From: an uncultured Amylibacter sp.
Lineage (GTDB): Bacteria; Pseudomonadota; Alphaproteobacteria; Rhodobacterales; Rhodobacteraceae
Reading direction: 5' to 3'
Assembly: GCA_947497475.1 (NCBI GenBank)
Contig: CANMGS010000001.1
Location: 1,197,747-1,261,746, forward strand
DNA length: 64,000 nucleotides
Positions 50,920 to 59,799 of this stretch are shown here, piece by piece. The position numbers and the translations under genes were made by a program. Positions within the stretch are counted from its first letter, which is position 1; each line of letters opens with the position of its first letter. Under the pieces are notes generated by a model that was not told the origin of the DNA, made no database searches, and saw nothing but the letters and a program-made list of their open reading frames with translations.

Positions 50920-51834
50920 ATGACTGACACACGTTGCGGATATGTTTCCCTGATTGGGGAACCGAATGCGGGTAAGTCCACATTGATGAACCATCTTGTA
51001 GGCGCCAAGGTTTCGATTGTGACGCATAAAGTGCAAACAACACGTGCGCGTATTCGCGGTATTGCGATGGAAGATAATGCGCAGTTGGTTTTTGTTGATA
51101 CACCTGGCTTGTTTCAAACACGGCGCAATCTGGACAAAGCAATGGTTGCTGCGGCTTGGTCTGGGGCAAATGATGGTGACATCGTGGTTTTGATGATCGA
51201 AGCGCATCGTGGCATCACGCCCGGTGTGGAAATGATCCTTGATGGGCTTGAGGGCCGCATTCATAAAAAGCAGCGTGTCATCCTTGCGATCAATAAAATC
51301 GACATGGTGAAGTCTGAAAAGCTTTTGGCACTGACTAAAGAGATGAATGACAAATATCCGTTCGAGGAGACCTTTATGGTGTCTGCGGAAAAGGGTTTTG
51401 GGATTAAAGAGCTGCGCGCTTACTTTGCCAAGAATGTTCCAGAAGGGCCGTGGTTGTATCCAGAGGATCAGATTGCAGATGTTCCATTGCGTTTGATTGC
51501 GGCGGAAACGACGCGTGAAAAACTGATGCTACGGTTGCACCAAGAACTGCCGTATTTCCTGACTGTTGAGACTGTGGGTTGGGAACAGAAAAAAGACGGC
51601 TCTGTTCGGATTGACCAAGTGGTCTATGTGATCCGCGAACGGCACAAGGGTATTGCGCTTGGCCCTAAGGGGCAGACGATGAAAGCGGTCAGCATTGCAG
51701 CGCGGACAGAATTGAAGAACCTTGTTGGTTCAGAAGTACACTTGTTTATTCAGGTTAAGGTTCGTCCGAAATGGGAAAACGAGGCGGAACGCTTTACGGA
51801 AATGGGTCTGGATTTTTCAGACACGCGTAAATGA
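50920..51834 (+). CDS. era: GTPase Era
   Basis: 304 aa. G1 GEPNAGKST, G3 DTPG, G4 NKID, and a KH domain. Confidence 0.95.
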   Translation: MTDTRCGYVSLIGEPNAGKSTLMNHLVGAKVSIVTHKVQTTRARIRGIAMEDNAQLVFVDTPGLFQTRRNLDKAMVAAAWSGANDGDIVVLMIEAHRGITPGVEMILDGLEGRIHKKQRVILAINKIDMVKSEKLLALTKEMNDKYPFEETFMVSAEKGFGIKELRAYFAKNVPEGPWLYPEDQIADVPLRLIAAETTREKLMLRLHQELPYFLTVETVGWEQKKDGSVRIDQVVYVIRERHKGIALGPKGQTMKAVSIAARTELKNLVGSEVHLFIQVKVRPKWENEAERFTEMGLDFSDTRK

Positions 51835-52160
51835 CACCACGCCTGACCAGCGACTTATGGGTGAGTGCTTATTTAAAGCGCCTCCAGCTGGTGAATATTC
51901 CTGCTTTCGTCATTTCTAAAGGGGACGCTACGGCGGGTGCTGTGATTATCAAACTGAACACGTTGGATGGTAATGCGCGTGCATTTCACCGCAGCTATGA
52001 TCTGGATGGTAACCGCGTTTGGGCAATTTTATCCGAAGGCGATGAACGCGATGTGGATGAAAGTCTTGCGAAGCAACGGTCTTTTGATCCTGATATCTGG
52101 ATGATTGAAGTCGAGGATCGTGATGGGCGACATTTATTGGATGAAGAGGGGTTGAGTTGA
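51831..52160 (+). CDS. DUF1491-like protein
   Basis: 109 aa. MTPRLTSDLWVSAYLKR... 4-nt overlap with era. The family call is from memory. Confidence 0.65.
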   Translation: MTPRLTSDLWVSAYLKRLQLVNIPAFVISKGDATAGAVIIKLNTLDGNARAFHRSYDLDGNRVWAILSEGDERDVDESLAKQRSFDPDIWMIEVEDRDGRHLLDEEGLS

Positions 52161-52289
52161 TGGGGTTGCTCATGGAAATGTCTACCTAGAGCCCTTAGTT
52201 ACCTAAAGTGCCAAAATTATAGTCATCATCAACGCCCTACTGGCAAATAGGCTGATAGTAACACGTAAGAATGACTAGAAATAGGTTTG

Positions 52290-52589
52290 TTAGACAGGTT
52301 TTATTAAAGCTGGGAGTAAGATCAGGACCGCATTAATTAGAAGTAACCAATTGGCCACCCCTACCGTCAGATGAGGTTTTTTTGTAAAAAAAGCTATAGC
52401 TAAAGAAAACGGAAGTATTAATAGTGTTCCAACTGCGGCTAGGACAAAAATAACCAAAATGTTTAAGATACCAGGTTCATATCCCATTGCACCTACGGTG
52501 GATGCAAAAAATGCAGCGGACGTACCAAAAATCAAACCCGATATGAGTAAAGACACCTTTGATTTTTTACCATTAATAAAATCGAGCAT
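52290..52589 (-). CDS. Hypothetical small membrane protein (3 predicted TM helices) in an AT-rich insert
   Basis: 99-aa ORF. The hydrophobic segments are consistent with a real membrane protein. There is no obvious SD, and I recognise no family. Confidence 0.45.
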   Translation of the reverse strand: MLDFINGKKSKVSLLISGLIFGTSAAFFASTVGAMGYEPGILNILVIFVLAAVGTLLILPFSLAIAFFTKKPHLTVGVANWLLLINAVLILLPALIKPV

Positions 52590-52849
52590 GTTCTGGCGTT
52601 AATTATAAAGTGAGTACAAGAAATCTGAATAATCGATGTAACTTCTCATAAATACATTCACATTCTGTTATAATAATCTTTTGAATGTAATACTTATTTG
52701 GACATGGATGATATGTAAACACTCTATGGACCAATTATAAAAAACGACGCGACTGCATTCAAGCGTGCGCTTTGTCCCCTATAGTTGACGTTAATGACTG
52801 TTAACGCGGTCTACGCAATCATTAAAAATGCAAATCAGACACAACTTTT

Positions 52850-52883
52850 GCCCCGTCACCATCATCGGTTGGCGGGGTTTTGC
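52850..52883 (+). terminator. Orphan terminator-like hairpin with no annotated plus-strand gene upstream
   Basis: CCCCGTCA (52851-52858) pairs with TGGCGGGG (52870-52877), including one G-U pair, and is followed by TTTTGCATT. Confidence 0.4.
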
Positions 52884-52910
52884 ATTATCGTATCCATGTA
52901 AGTTGTAAAA

Positions 52911-52922
52911 GGTGGCGCCACC
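52911..52922. repeat. Perfect 12-bp palindrome GGTGGCGCCACC
   Basis: Read directly from the sequence. It lies 30 bp downstream of the orphan hairpin, within non-coding DNA. Confidence 0.6.
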
Positions 52923-53161
52923 TAAGTGCGGTTATACGTGCCGAACAGGGATTTTATCCCCTGCACCTAATAAAACGTTGTTTCGGTGATTTTCGCATTT
53001 GATGTTGTCACACACCCTTTGAAAACCCATGAACCACTTTGCTAGCAGGGACAGTTATACCGCTTATATGGTTAACGTCGGTTTATAGCTGCGTGCGCTG
53101 GGGCCATATCCGTTGCGTTAGAGCATTTATTGATAGGATAGTTTGTGTATAACTGCATCTT

Positions 53162-53899
53162 ATGGAATGGCAGGGCACAGGCGTAATTATCTCGGTTCGT
53201 AAGCACGGTGAAACATCTACGATTGTGGATGTTCTGACCGAGGACTATGGGCGTCATGCGGGTATCGTACGTGGCGGCGCATCACGCAAGCTTGCCCCGA
53301 TATTACAACCTGGAACACAAGTGGATGCGGAATGGCGTGCGCGGCTAGAGGAACACCTTGGCAGTTATAAATTGGAACCTGTGCAATCACGCGCTACGAT
53401 CCTGTCGGATCGTTTGGCGTTGGCTGCTATGGGATCTGTGTGTGCATTGATCAGCTTTGCCTTTCCAGAGCGTATGTCGTTTCCACGTTTGTATGCGGCG
53501 ACAGTAAATTTGTTGGATCAGATGAGTGCAGGGCAGGCGTGGTTGTCCGATTATGCTTTATGGGAACAAGCCGTATTGGATGAACTTGGTTATGGGCTGG
53601 ACTTGGAAAGCTGTGCAGCCACTGGCGATATGCAAGATTTGATTTATGTATCGCCAAAGTCAGGACGTGCGGTTAGTCGTAAGGCGGGTGCAGACTGGGC
53701 GGATCGTATGTTGCCTTTGCCGCGCTTTTTACGGGCGCAAACGGCGACGAAAGAAGCGCAAGAGGTTTTGGATGCACTTAAGACAACAGGGTATTTCTTG
53801 GAACGACGGTTGGCACCAGCATTGGGCAACAGACCGTTACCAGATGCACGCGCAAGGTTTGTGAAGGTGCTGACAAAGACAGTTAAGAAGGGTGAGTAG
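53162..53899 (+). CDS. recO: DNA repair protein RecO
   Basis: 245 aa. MEWQGTGVIISVRKHGETS...VRGG is the typical RecO OB-fold N-terminus. Confidence 0.9.
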   Translation: MEWQGTGVIISVRKHGETSTIVDVLTEDYGRHAGIVRGGASRKLAPILQPGTQVDAEWRARLEEHLGSYKLEPVQSRATILSDRLALAAMGSVCALISFAFPERMSFPRLYAATVNLLDQMSAGQAWLSDYALWEQAVLDELGYGLDLESCAATGDMQDLIYVSPKSGRAVSRKAGADWADRMLPLPRFLRAQTATKEAQEVLDALKTTGYFLERRLAPALGNRPLPDARARFVKVLTKTVKKGE

Positions 53900-54571
53900 A
53901 TGCAAAGGTTTGAAGATATCCGTAAAATGGCCGAGGATCGTAAAGGCGGTGCTGACGCCCTAGAGACGATGCTTGTTGATGATACACCAAAACAGGATAT
54001 TGGTGCATTATCGGATGATCGCATTCTATCGGAATTTTCAAAACGGGTGTTCCAAGCTGGTTTCAATTGGAGTGTGGTTGAAAACAAATGGCCTGGTTTT
54101 GAAGAAGCTTTTCATAAATTCGACATCGGTCGTAATGCGATGATGTTTGATGAAGACCTAGATGCCCATCTGAAAAACACTGCGATTGTACGTCATGCCA
54201 AAAAGATTTTATCTGTAAGGGACAATGCGATTTTTCTATCCGATTTGGCACAAGAACATGGCAGTGCTGCCAAGTTCTTTGGCGATTGGCCTTCGTCCGA
54301 TTTGGTTGGGTTATGGGATGTGATGAAAAAGCGCGGGAACCGTTTGGGCGGGACGACTGGACAATATGCTTTGCGCTTTATGGGCAAAGACTGTTTTATA
54401 CTAAGCCGCGCTGTGGCGAATGCTTTGGCGCGTGCTGGTGTGGTTGATGGACCTACAACATCGAAGACCGCACAGCGCAAAATTCAAGATGCGTTTAATA
54501 CATGGGCAGATGAAAGCGGTGAAAGCTATACGCGGATGAGCCGTATTTTGGCTATGTCGATTGGCGACTAG
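53900..54571 (+). CDS. Divergent Tag-like (adenine-glycosylase fold) protein lacking the zinc-snap ligands
   Basis: 223 aa. ...FQAGFNWSVVENKW...IVRHAKKI... parallels Tag QAGLSWITVLKKR...IIRHRGKI. The N-terminal Cys/His and C-terminal HxxxC are absent. Confidence 0.65.
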   Translation: MQRFEDIRKMAEDRKGGADALETMLVDDTPKQDIGALSDDRILSEFSKRVFQAGFNWSVVENKWPGFEEAFHKFDIGRNAMMFDEDLDAHLKNTAIVRHAKKILSVRDNAIFLSDLAQEHGSAAKFFGDWPSSDLVGLWDVMKKRGNRLGGTTGQYALRFMGKDCFILSRAVANALARAGVVDGPTTSKTAQRKIQDAFNTWADESGESYTRMSRILAMSIGD

Positions 54572-54966
54572 TCTTTTTTATACACCATGACGACTTCGAA
54601 CCCCGTCACCGACCTTAAGATTAGTGTATCACCCGTGATTTCTGCGGATGACATTATCCGTAAGTTTTCAAAGTATTCCTGTTCTTGCTCTAAGGCTGGG
54701 CAGGCCACTTTGGTTGCGCCGATGTCTCCAATCTCAAACCAAGGAAGTGGTGCTGATTGTGATGCAAAGTAGCTATTGCATGGTGCGCGGCCTGAAATGC
54801 GACCTTCTTCAGGGAACTCTAGGGTTATTCTTTCAGTGACAGGTTCATCATTGACGGATTGAAGAACCCATACATCAGTTGTTTCTGTCTGGCCTGATAC
54901 AGTTTCGTCAGGAGAACAAAAGCTCAGAATAGCGGTTAATATAAGAGACGTACGTAACATACCCAT
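54568..54966 (-). CDS. META-domain (HslJ-like) secreted or lipoprotein
   Basis: 132 aa. Signal sequence ending in ILSFC. ...GRAPCNSYFA... is the META motif. Confidence 0.72.
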   Translation of the reverse strand: MGMLRTSLILTAILSFCSPDETVSGQTETTDVWVLQSVNDEPVTERITLEFPEEGRISGRAPCNSYFASQSAPLPWFEIGDIGATKVACPALEQEQEYFENLRIMSSAEITGDTLILRSVTGFEVVMVYKKD

Positions 54967-55003
54967 AGGTTTTCAGAGTGCGGGGCGTATTACAAGACAA
55001 TAA

Positions 55004-55031
55004 AAAACCGCGCTGATATCAACGCGGTTTT
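55004..55031 (-). terminator. Rho-independent terminator downstream of pckA
   Basis: AAAACCGCG / CGCGGTTTT stem with a 10-nt loop. The minus strand has a 6-T tail. Confidence 0.6.
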
Positions 55032-55054
55032 CATGGTGTGAATTTTGGTGCGAA

Positions 55055-56656
55055 TTAAGCGCCGATTTTGATCGCCAATACATCTTCGCTAACGTGGCTT
55101 TCGTATTGGCCAAAGTTGTCAGAGAACATGGAAACCAATTTAGCAGCATTCGCATCATATGCTTCGCCATCTGTCCATGTTGAGCGTGGATCAAGCAATG
55201 CATCATCAACACCATGAACGCTTACTGGAACGTCGAAGCCAAAGCTTGCGTCTTTGCGGAATTCAGCGTTGTTCAATGAACCGTCTAGCGCTGCTGTTAG
55301 CAATGCACGTGTTGCTTTGATTGGCATACGAGAGCCAGTGCCGTAAGCGCCACCTGTCCACCCTGTGTTTACCAACCAGCATTTAGCGCCTGTTGAAGCG
55401 ATCTTATCACGCAACAATGCGCCATAGGCTTCTGGGCGACGTGGCATGAATGGTGAACCAAAACATGTTGAGAATGTTGGTTGTGGTTCTGTAACACCGC
55501 GCTCTGTGCCAGCTACCTTAGATGTGAAACCAGATAGGAAGTGGTACATTGCTTGTGCTGGTGTCAAACGTGCGATTGGAGGCAGAACGCCAAATGCATC
55601 ACATGTCAGCATGATGATGTTCTTTGGCTGACCGCCAAGAGCTGTATCAGATGCGTTTGAAATGTAGTGCAACGGATACGCACAACGCATGTTTGCTGTC
55701 AGGCTGTCATCCTCAAAATCCAATTCTTTGGTGTATTTGTCGTACACCATGTTTTCGATCACTGTGCCGAATTTGGATGTTGTCGCATAGATCTCTGGCT
55801 CTGCTTCCGCAGATAGTGAGATTGTTTTTGCGTAACAGCCACCCTCAAAATTGAATGTTGTTGTGTCTGACCAACCATGCTCGTCATCACCGATCAAAAC
55901 GCGGTTTGGATCAGCGGATAGTGTTGTTTTACCTGTGCCTGATAGGCCAAAGAAAACTGCTGTGTCTTGCTCGTCACCAATCGCGTGGTTGGCTGAACAG
56001 TGCATTGGCATCACGCCTTTTTCTGGCAGTAGGTAGTTTAAGATTGAGAAAACAGATTTCTTGTTTTCGCCAGCGTATTCTGTACCGCCGATCAAGATCA
56101 GTTTTTGTTCAAATGAGATTGCAATCACAACATCGGAGCGACAGCCGTGTTTTGCTGGGTCTGATTTGAATGTTGGGCAGTTCACAACTGTGAATTCTGG
56201 TGTGAATGTATACAGCTCTTCTGCCTCTGGGCGACGTAGCATTGTGCGGATGAACAGGCTGTGCCAAGCAAGCTCTGTAATCACACGTGTGTTCAAACGG
56301 TATGCTGGGTCTGAACCGCCGAACAAGTCTTGTACGAAGTATTCGCCACCAGCCATGTGTGCGAACATGTCTTTTTTCAATTGTTCAAAAGCGTCCATTG
56401 CCATTGGCGGGTTATTTTCCCACCAAATGCTGTCTTTTACTGATGGCTCATCAACAACGAATTTATCTTTTGGGGAACGACCTGTGTATTCACCTGTCGA
56501 AACAAGGAAAGCACCACCTTTGCCAAGATCACCTTCGCCTTTTTGTAGGGCTGCTTGTACCAAAGCAGGCTCCAATAGATTGTAGTGAACGGACTTAAGA
56601 CCAGAAATGCCTGTTTTTTCCAACGTTTGTGCTGGGTTAACGCGACCTGTTTCCAT
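55055..56656 (-). CDS. pckA: Phosphoenolpyruvate carboxykinase (ATP)
   Basis: 533 aa from the ATG at 56656 ([10 protein letters not shown]...), preceded by AAGGAG 8 nt upstream. Kinase-1a motif [11 protein letters not shown]. The ORF-track start at 56773 is an unsupported extension. Confidence 0.96.
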   Translation of the reverse strand: METGRVNPAQTLEKTGISGLKSVHYNLLEPALVQAALQKGEGDLGKGGAFLVSTGEYTGRSPKDKFVVDEPSVKDSIWWENNPPMAMDAFEQLKKDMFAHMAGGEYFVQDLFGGSDPAYRLNTRVITELAWHSLFIRTMLRRPEAEELYTFTPEFTVVNCPTFKSDPAKHGCRSDVVIAISFEQKLILIGGTEYAGENKKSVFSILNYLLPEKGVMPMHCSANHAIGDEQDTAVFFGLSGTGKTTLSADPNRVLIGDDEHGWSDTTTFNFEGGCYAKTISLSAEAEPEIYATTSKFGTVIENMVYDKYTKELDFEDDSLTANMRCAYPLHYISNASDTALGGQPKNIIMLTCDAFGVLPPIARLTPAQAMYHFLSGFTSKVAGTERGVTEPQPTFSTCFGSPFMPRRPEAYGALLRDKIASTGAKCWLVNTGWTGGAYGTGSRMPIKATRALLTAALDGSLNNAEFRKDASFGFDVPVSVHGVDDALLDPRSTWTDGEAYDANAAKLVSMFSDNFGQYESHVSEDVLAIKIGA

Positions 56657-56979
56657 GTTTTCGGTGCTCCTTGGGCAAATTTTGCGATCTGCCATTAGTT
56701 TTTCGTGCCCAAATGTGCCGAGCACGTAGAATTTACGAAACTTTCCTATATGAAAGTTGCCGCTGTATAACATGTGAGAATTTGAATGGAACGCCCGTTT
56801 TTGGTCAATTTCGCGCAGTTAACGTTAACGTTTGCGATATAATTTGGCCAATTGTGATGAAAAAATGACACGATTGTGCCGTCTTCGACAAATTTCAGTT
56901 GATTCTGCGACTCAGGTAGCGGAATATAAAGAAAATAAAAATAATAAATAATGCAGTGCAGGCAATATCAGAGGGCAGT

Positions 56980-57690
56980 ATGGCTAAAATAGCTTTGGTT
57001 GATGACGACCGTAATATTCTTACGTCGGTTTCTATGACGTTAGAAGCAGAAGGTTATGACGTTTCTACATATAACGACGGGTTACAGGCGCTGAACGCCT
57101 TTAACGAAACAATGCCAGACATGGCAGTGTTGGATATTAAGATGCCACGTATGGATGGTATGGACCTGTTGGGGCGCTTGCGTCAGAAAACAGATATGCC
57201 AGTGATCTTTCTAACATCTAAAGATGATGAGATTGACGAAGTTCTTGGACTTCGCATGGGTGCAGATGATTATGTACGCAAACCATTCTCGCAACGTTTG
57301 TTGGTAGAACGTATTCGTGCAATCCTGCGTCGCCAAGAGGCACGCCTTTCAGATGCAGGTTCTCCAATTGCAGAAGAAGCAAATGAAAGCTTGATTGAAC
57401 GCGGTGAATTGACAATGGATCCAATGCGCCATGCGGTGACTTGGAAAGGTCAGTCAGTTTCATTGACGGTAACAGAATTCCTTTTACTTCAAGCACTTGC
57501 AACGCGCCCAGGTTTTGTAAAAAGCCGGGATCAGTTGATGGATGTTGCATATGATGATCAGGTTTATGTGGATGATCGTACAATTGACAGCCACATCAAA
57601 CGTTTGCGTAAAAAAATGCGTTCTGTAGATAATGATTTCAGCGCCATTGAAACGCTTTATGGCATCGGCTACCGTTACAACGAACAATAA
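56980..57690 (+). CDS. chvI: OmpR-family response regulator ChvI
   Basis: 236 aa from [14 protein letters not shown], with GAGGGCAG upstream. Receiver domain plus winged-helix C-terminus (...[10 protein letters not shown]). The divergent pckA and downstream chvG-hprK context supports the call. Confidence 0.9.
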   Translation: MAKIALVDDDRNILTSVSMTLEAEGYDVSTYNDGLQALNAFNETMPDMAVLDIKMPRMDGMDLLGRLRQKTDMPVIFLTSKDDEIDEVLGLRMGADDYVRKPFSQRLLVERIRAILRRQEARLSDAGSPIAEEANESLIERGELTMDPMRHAVTWKGQSVSLTVTEFLLLQALATRPGFVKSRDQLMDVAYDDQVYVDDRTIDSHIKRLRKKMRSVDNDFSAIETLYGIGYRYNEQ

Positions 57691-57694
57691 GATC

Positions 57695-59353
57695 ATGGCA
57701 AACGCAGAGATAGATATGGCTTCGGATATGAACGTATCTGATAGTGGTCGCGATGAATCGAAAAAGAAGCCTTCGGGTTTAAGACGATTTTTTTGGTCAT
57801 CAGCATTGGCTCGTCGGATTATCGCATTCAACTTGATTGCACTTTGTACGCTTCTTTTGGGAATGCTGTACCTAAGCCAATTCAGTAATAACATTGCAGA
57901 TGAGCGATTTGCGGCGTTAAAGGTTCAGTCTGGATTGTATGCACAGTTGCTGCAAGAACGTGCAGCGAACAATGCTGATGCTGATGCAGGTGCTCCTGCT
58001 GATGTGCTTTTAAGTGCGATGGTAGATGATTTGCCATCTTCTGGTGCTTCGGAAGTCCGCATTTTTGATGTAAATAATGTTGCTTTGACGACGATCTCTG
58101 CTGATGAGGACACACTTCACCCGCAAAAAGGCTCAAAAGTTACAGGCTTTTTAGATAAAATTTTTGGTGGAATTATTGCCCCCTTCAAAAATCCTGCGGA
58201 TGCAACACAAGCGCGCGATGCAGATGAGATATCTGAAAGCTTAGCAGCCAAAGTACAGGCAAGTGGCGCACAAACATTAAAGGATACAACGCAATCTGGA
58301 CAAGAAATTGTAGCCGCAGGGCAAACAATTACAGTGAACGGTACCGTTGTTGGCTCTGTTGTAGCATCCACACCCGCGGGGCTAATGGATGATCTTCGTG
58401 CTGCTGAGCGTAATAATATCTTACGACTGTTTGGATTTGCTGCATTGCTGTCTGTTGTGCTGTCATTGGTTCTTGCAAGTACAATTGCAAACCCAATCCA
58501 TGTTTTAGCGTCTGCTATGGATGCAGGTACAACCACGAAATTGCGTAAAGATAGCCCAGATCGTGTCCGCATTCCTGACATGACAGGTCGTGATGATGAG
58601 ATTGGGCATTTGTCTAGTGCAATGCGTAATATGACGTCTGCACTTTACCACCGCATCGAGACCAATGAACAGTTTGCGGCAGATGTGGCGCATGAAATTA
58701 AAAACCCATTGGCATCTTTACGGTCAGCCATCGAAACTTTGCGCATCGCACCAGAAGGTGAGAAACGTAATAAGTTATTGGATGTTGTTGAACATGATGT
58801 GCGTCGTCTTGATCGTCTTGTGTCAGATATCTCTAATGCGTCTCGTTTAGATTCCGAGCTTGTTAAGGAAGAAGAAGACAATTTTGATCTAACGTTGATG
58901 TTAGAACGCATTGTTGATTTTCACACAATGGAAGCAAAAGAATCTGGCGTTGAAATGTTGTTTGATAAGCCTGATGAGAAAATATTCATTGATGGTTTGG
59001 AAGAACGCCTTGCGCAGGTTTTCGTTAATCTGATCACCAATGCTGTGTCTTTCTGTGAAAAAGGTGATGCAGTTCGTTTGTGGGCGCGCCGTGTTGAAAA
59101 CCGTGTTTTGATTGTGGTTGAGGATACGGGTGAAGGTATTCCTGATGATAGCTTAACAAAGGTATTCAAACGGTTTTACTCTAACCGATCTGTAGAAAAC
59201 TTCGGGAATAATTCAGGTCTTGGTTTGTCGATTTCAAAGGAAATCGTCGAAGCGCATGGCGGTGTTATATGGGCCGAAAATATCCGCGCAAAAGGTGCTG
59301 GTGAAGATACGCCACCACTTGGGGCTCGGTTTGTTGTTGGGTTACCTGGGTGA
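57695..59353 (+). CDS. chvG: Sensor histidine kinase ChvG (ExoS/BvrS-type)
   Basis: About 552 aa from the ATG at 57695. Two TM helices flank a periplasmic domain. H-box FAADVAHEIKNPL, N, G1 (EDTGEGI) and G2 (GLGLSI) boxes. Confidence 0.85.
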   Translation: MANAEIDMASDMNVSDSGRDESKKKPSGLRRFFWSSALARRIIAFNLIALCTLLLGMLYLSQFSNNIADERFAALKVQSGLYAQLLQERAANNADADAGAPADVLLSAMVDDLPSSGASEVRIFDVNNVALTTISADEDTLHPQKGSKVTGFLDKIFGGIIAPFKNPADATQARDADEISESLAAKVQASGAQTLKDTTQSGQEIVAAGQTITVNGTVVGSVVASTPAGLMDDLRAAERNNILRLFGFAALLSVVLSLVLASTIANPIHVLASAMDAGTTTKLRKDSPDRVRIPDMTGRDDEIGHLSSAMRNMTSALYHRIETNEQFAADVAHEIKNPLASLRSAIETLRIAPEGEKRNKLLDVVEHDVRRLDRLVSDISNASRLDSELVKEEEDNFDLTLMLERIVDFHTMEAKESGVEMLFDKPDEKIFIDGLEERLAQVFVNLITNAVSFCEKGDAVRLWARRVENRVLIVVEDTGEGIPDDSLTKVFKRFYSNRSVENFGNNSGLGLSISKEIVEAHGGVIWAENIRAKGAGEDTPPLGARFVVGLPG

Positions 59354-59799
59354 TATCAAAACTTGATCTTGGATACGTTCATGGATCTTGTGTTGATTTT
59401 GATGGGAAAAGCATTCTGTGTGTTGGAGCATCTGGTGCAGGCAAAACGTCATTAGCCTTACAACTTATCGCGCTGGGTGGCACGCTGGTATCAGATGATC
59501 AGGTCGTTTTAACCGCCGAAGAGACAGGTATTTATGTGAGTGCACCACCCACTATCGAAGGCCAGATTGAGGTTCGAAATATTGGCATCCTTAACTGCCC
59601 GAACGTAAAACGATCACGCTTGAACCTTATTGTGGATATGGCTTTGGAGGTATCTGAACGGTTGCCAGTTCCAAAAACTATTGAAGTGGGGTCACATCAC
59701 GTTAATTTAATTGCAGGTTGTAATGTCGCAAACTTGCCAATTGCTGCACAGATACTTAATTTATATGGGTATAGTCATGAGCTGGACGGCTTTCTTTGA
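59350..59799 (+). CDS. hprK: Truncated HPr kinase/phosphorylase (C-terminal catalytic domain only)
   Basis: 149 aa. P-loop GASGAGKTS. GTG start overlaps the chvG stop. The short form is typical of alphaproteobacteria. Confidence 0.85.
   Translation: MISKLDLGYVHGSCVDFDGKSILCVGASGAGKTSLALQLIALGGTLVSDDQVVLTAEETGIYVSAPPTIEGQIEVRNIGILNCPNVKRSRLNLIVDMALEVSERLPVPKTIEVGSHHVNLIAGCNVANLPIAAQILNLYGYSHELDGFL

Noticed and set aside
52794-52901. A 35-aa ORF (MTVNAVYAIIKNANQTQLLPRHHHRLAGFCIIVSM) in the AT-rich insert
   Set aside because: It has no SD, it contains the terminator-like hairpin within its coding sequence, and its composition is unremarkable. I treat the region as non-coding, possibly an sRNA.
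54588-54610. A tRNA T-arm-like string (GACTTCGAACCCCGTCACC)
   Set aside because: It lies inside the META-domain CDS. No acceptor, D or anticodon arms can be built around it, so it is not a tRNA.
56657-56773. A 39-codon N-terminal extension of pckA in the ORF track
   Set aside because: The ATG at 56656 is preceded by AAGGAG at the correct spacing and gives a PckA of typical length. The extension has no homology and would consume the promoter region.
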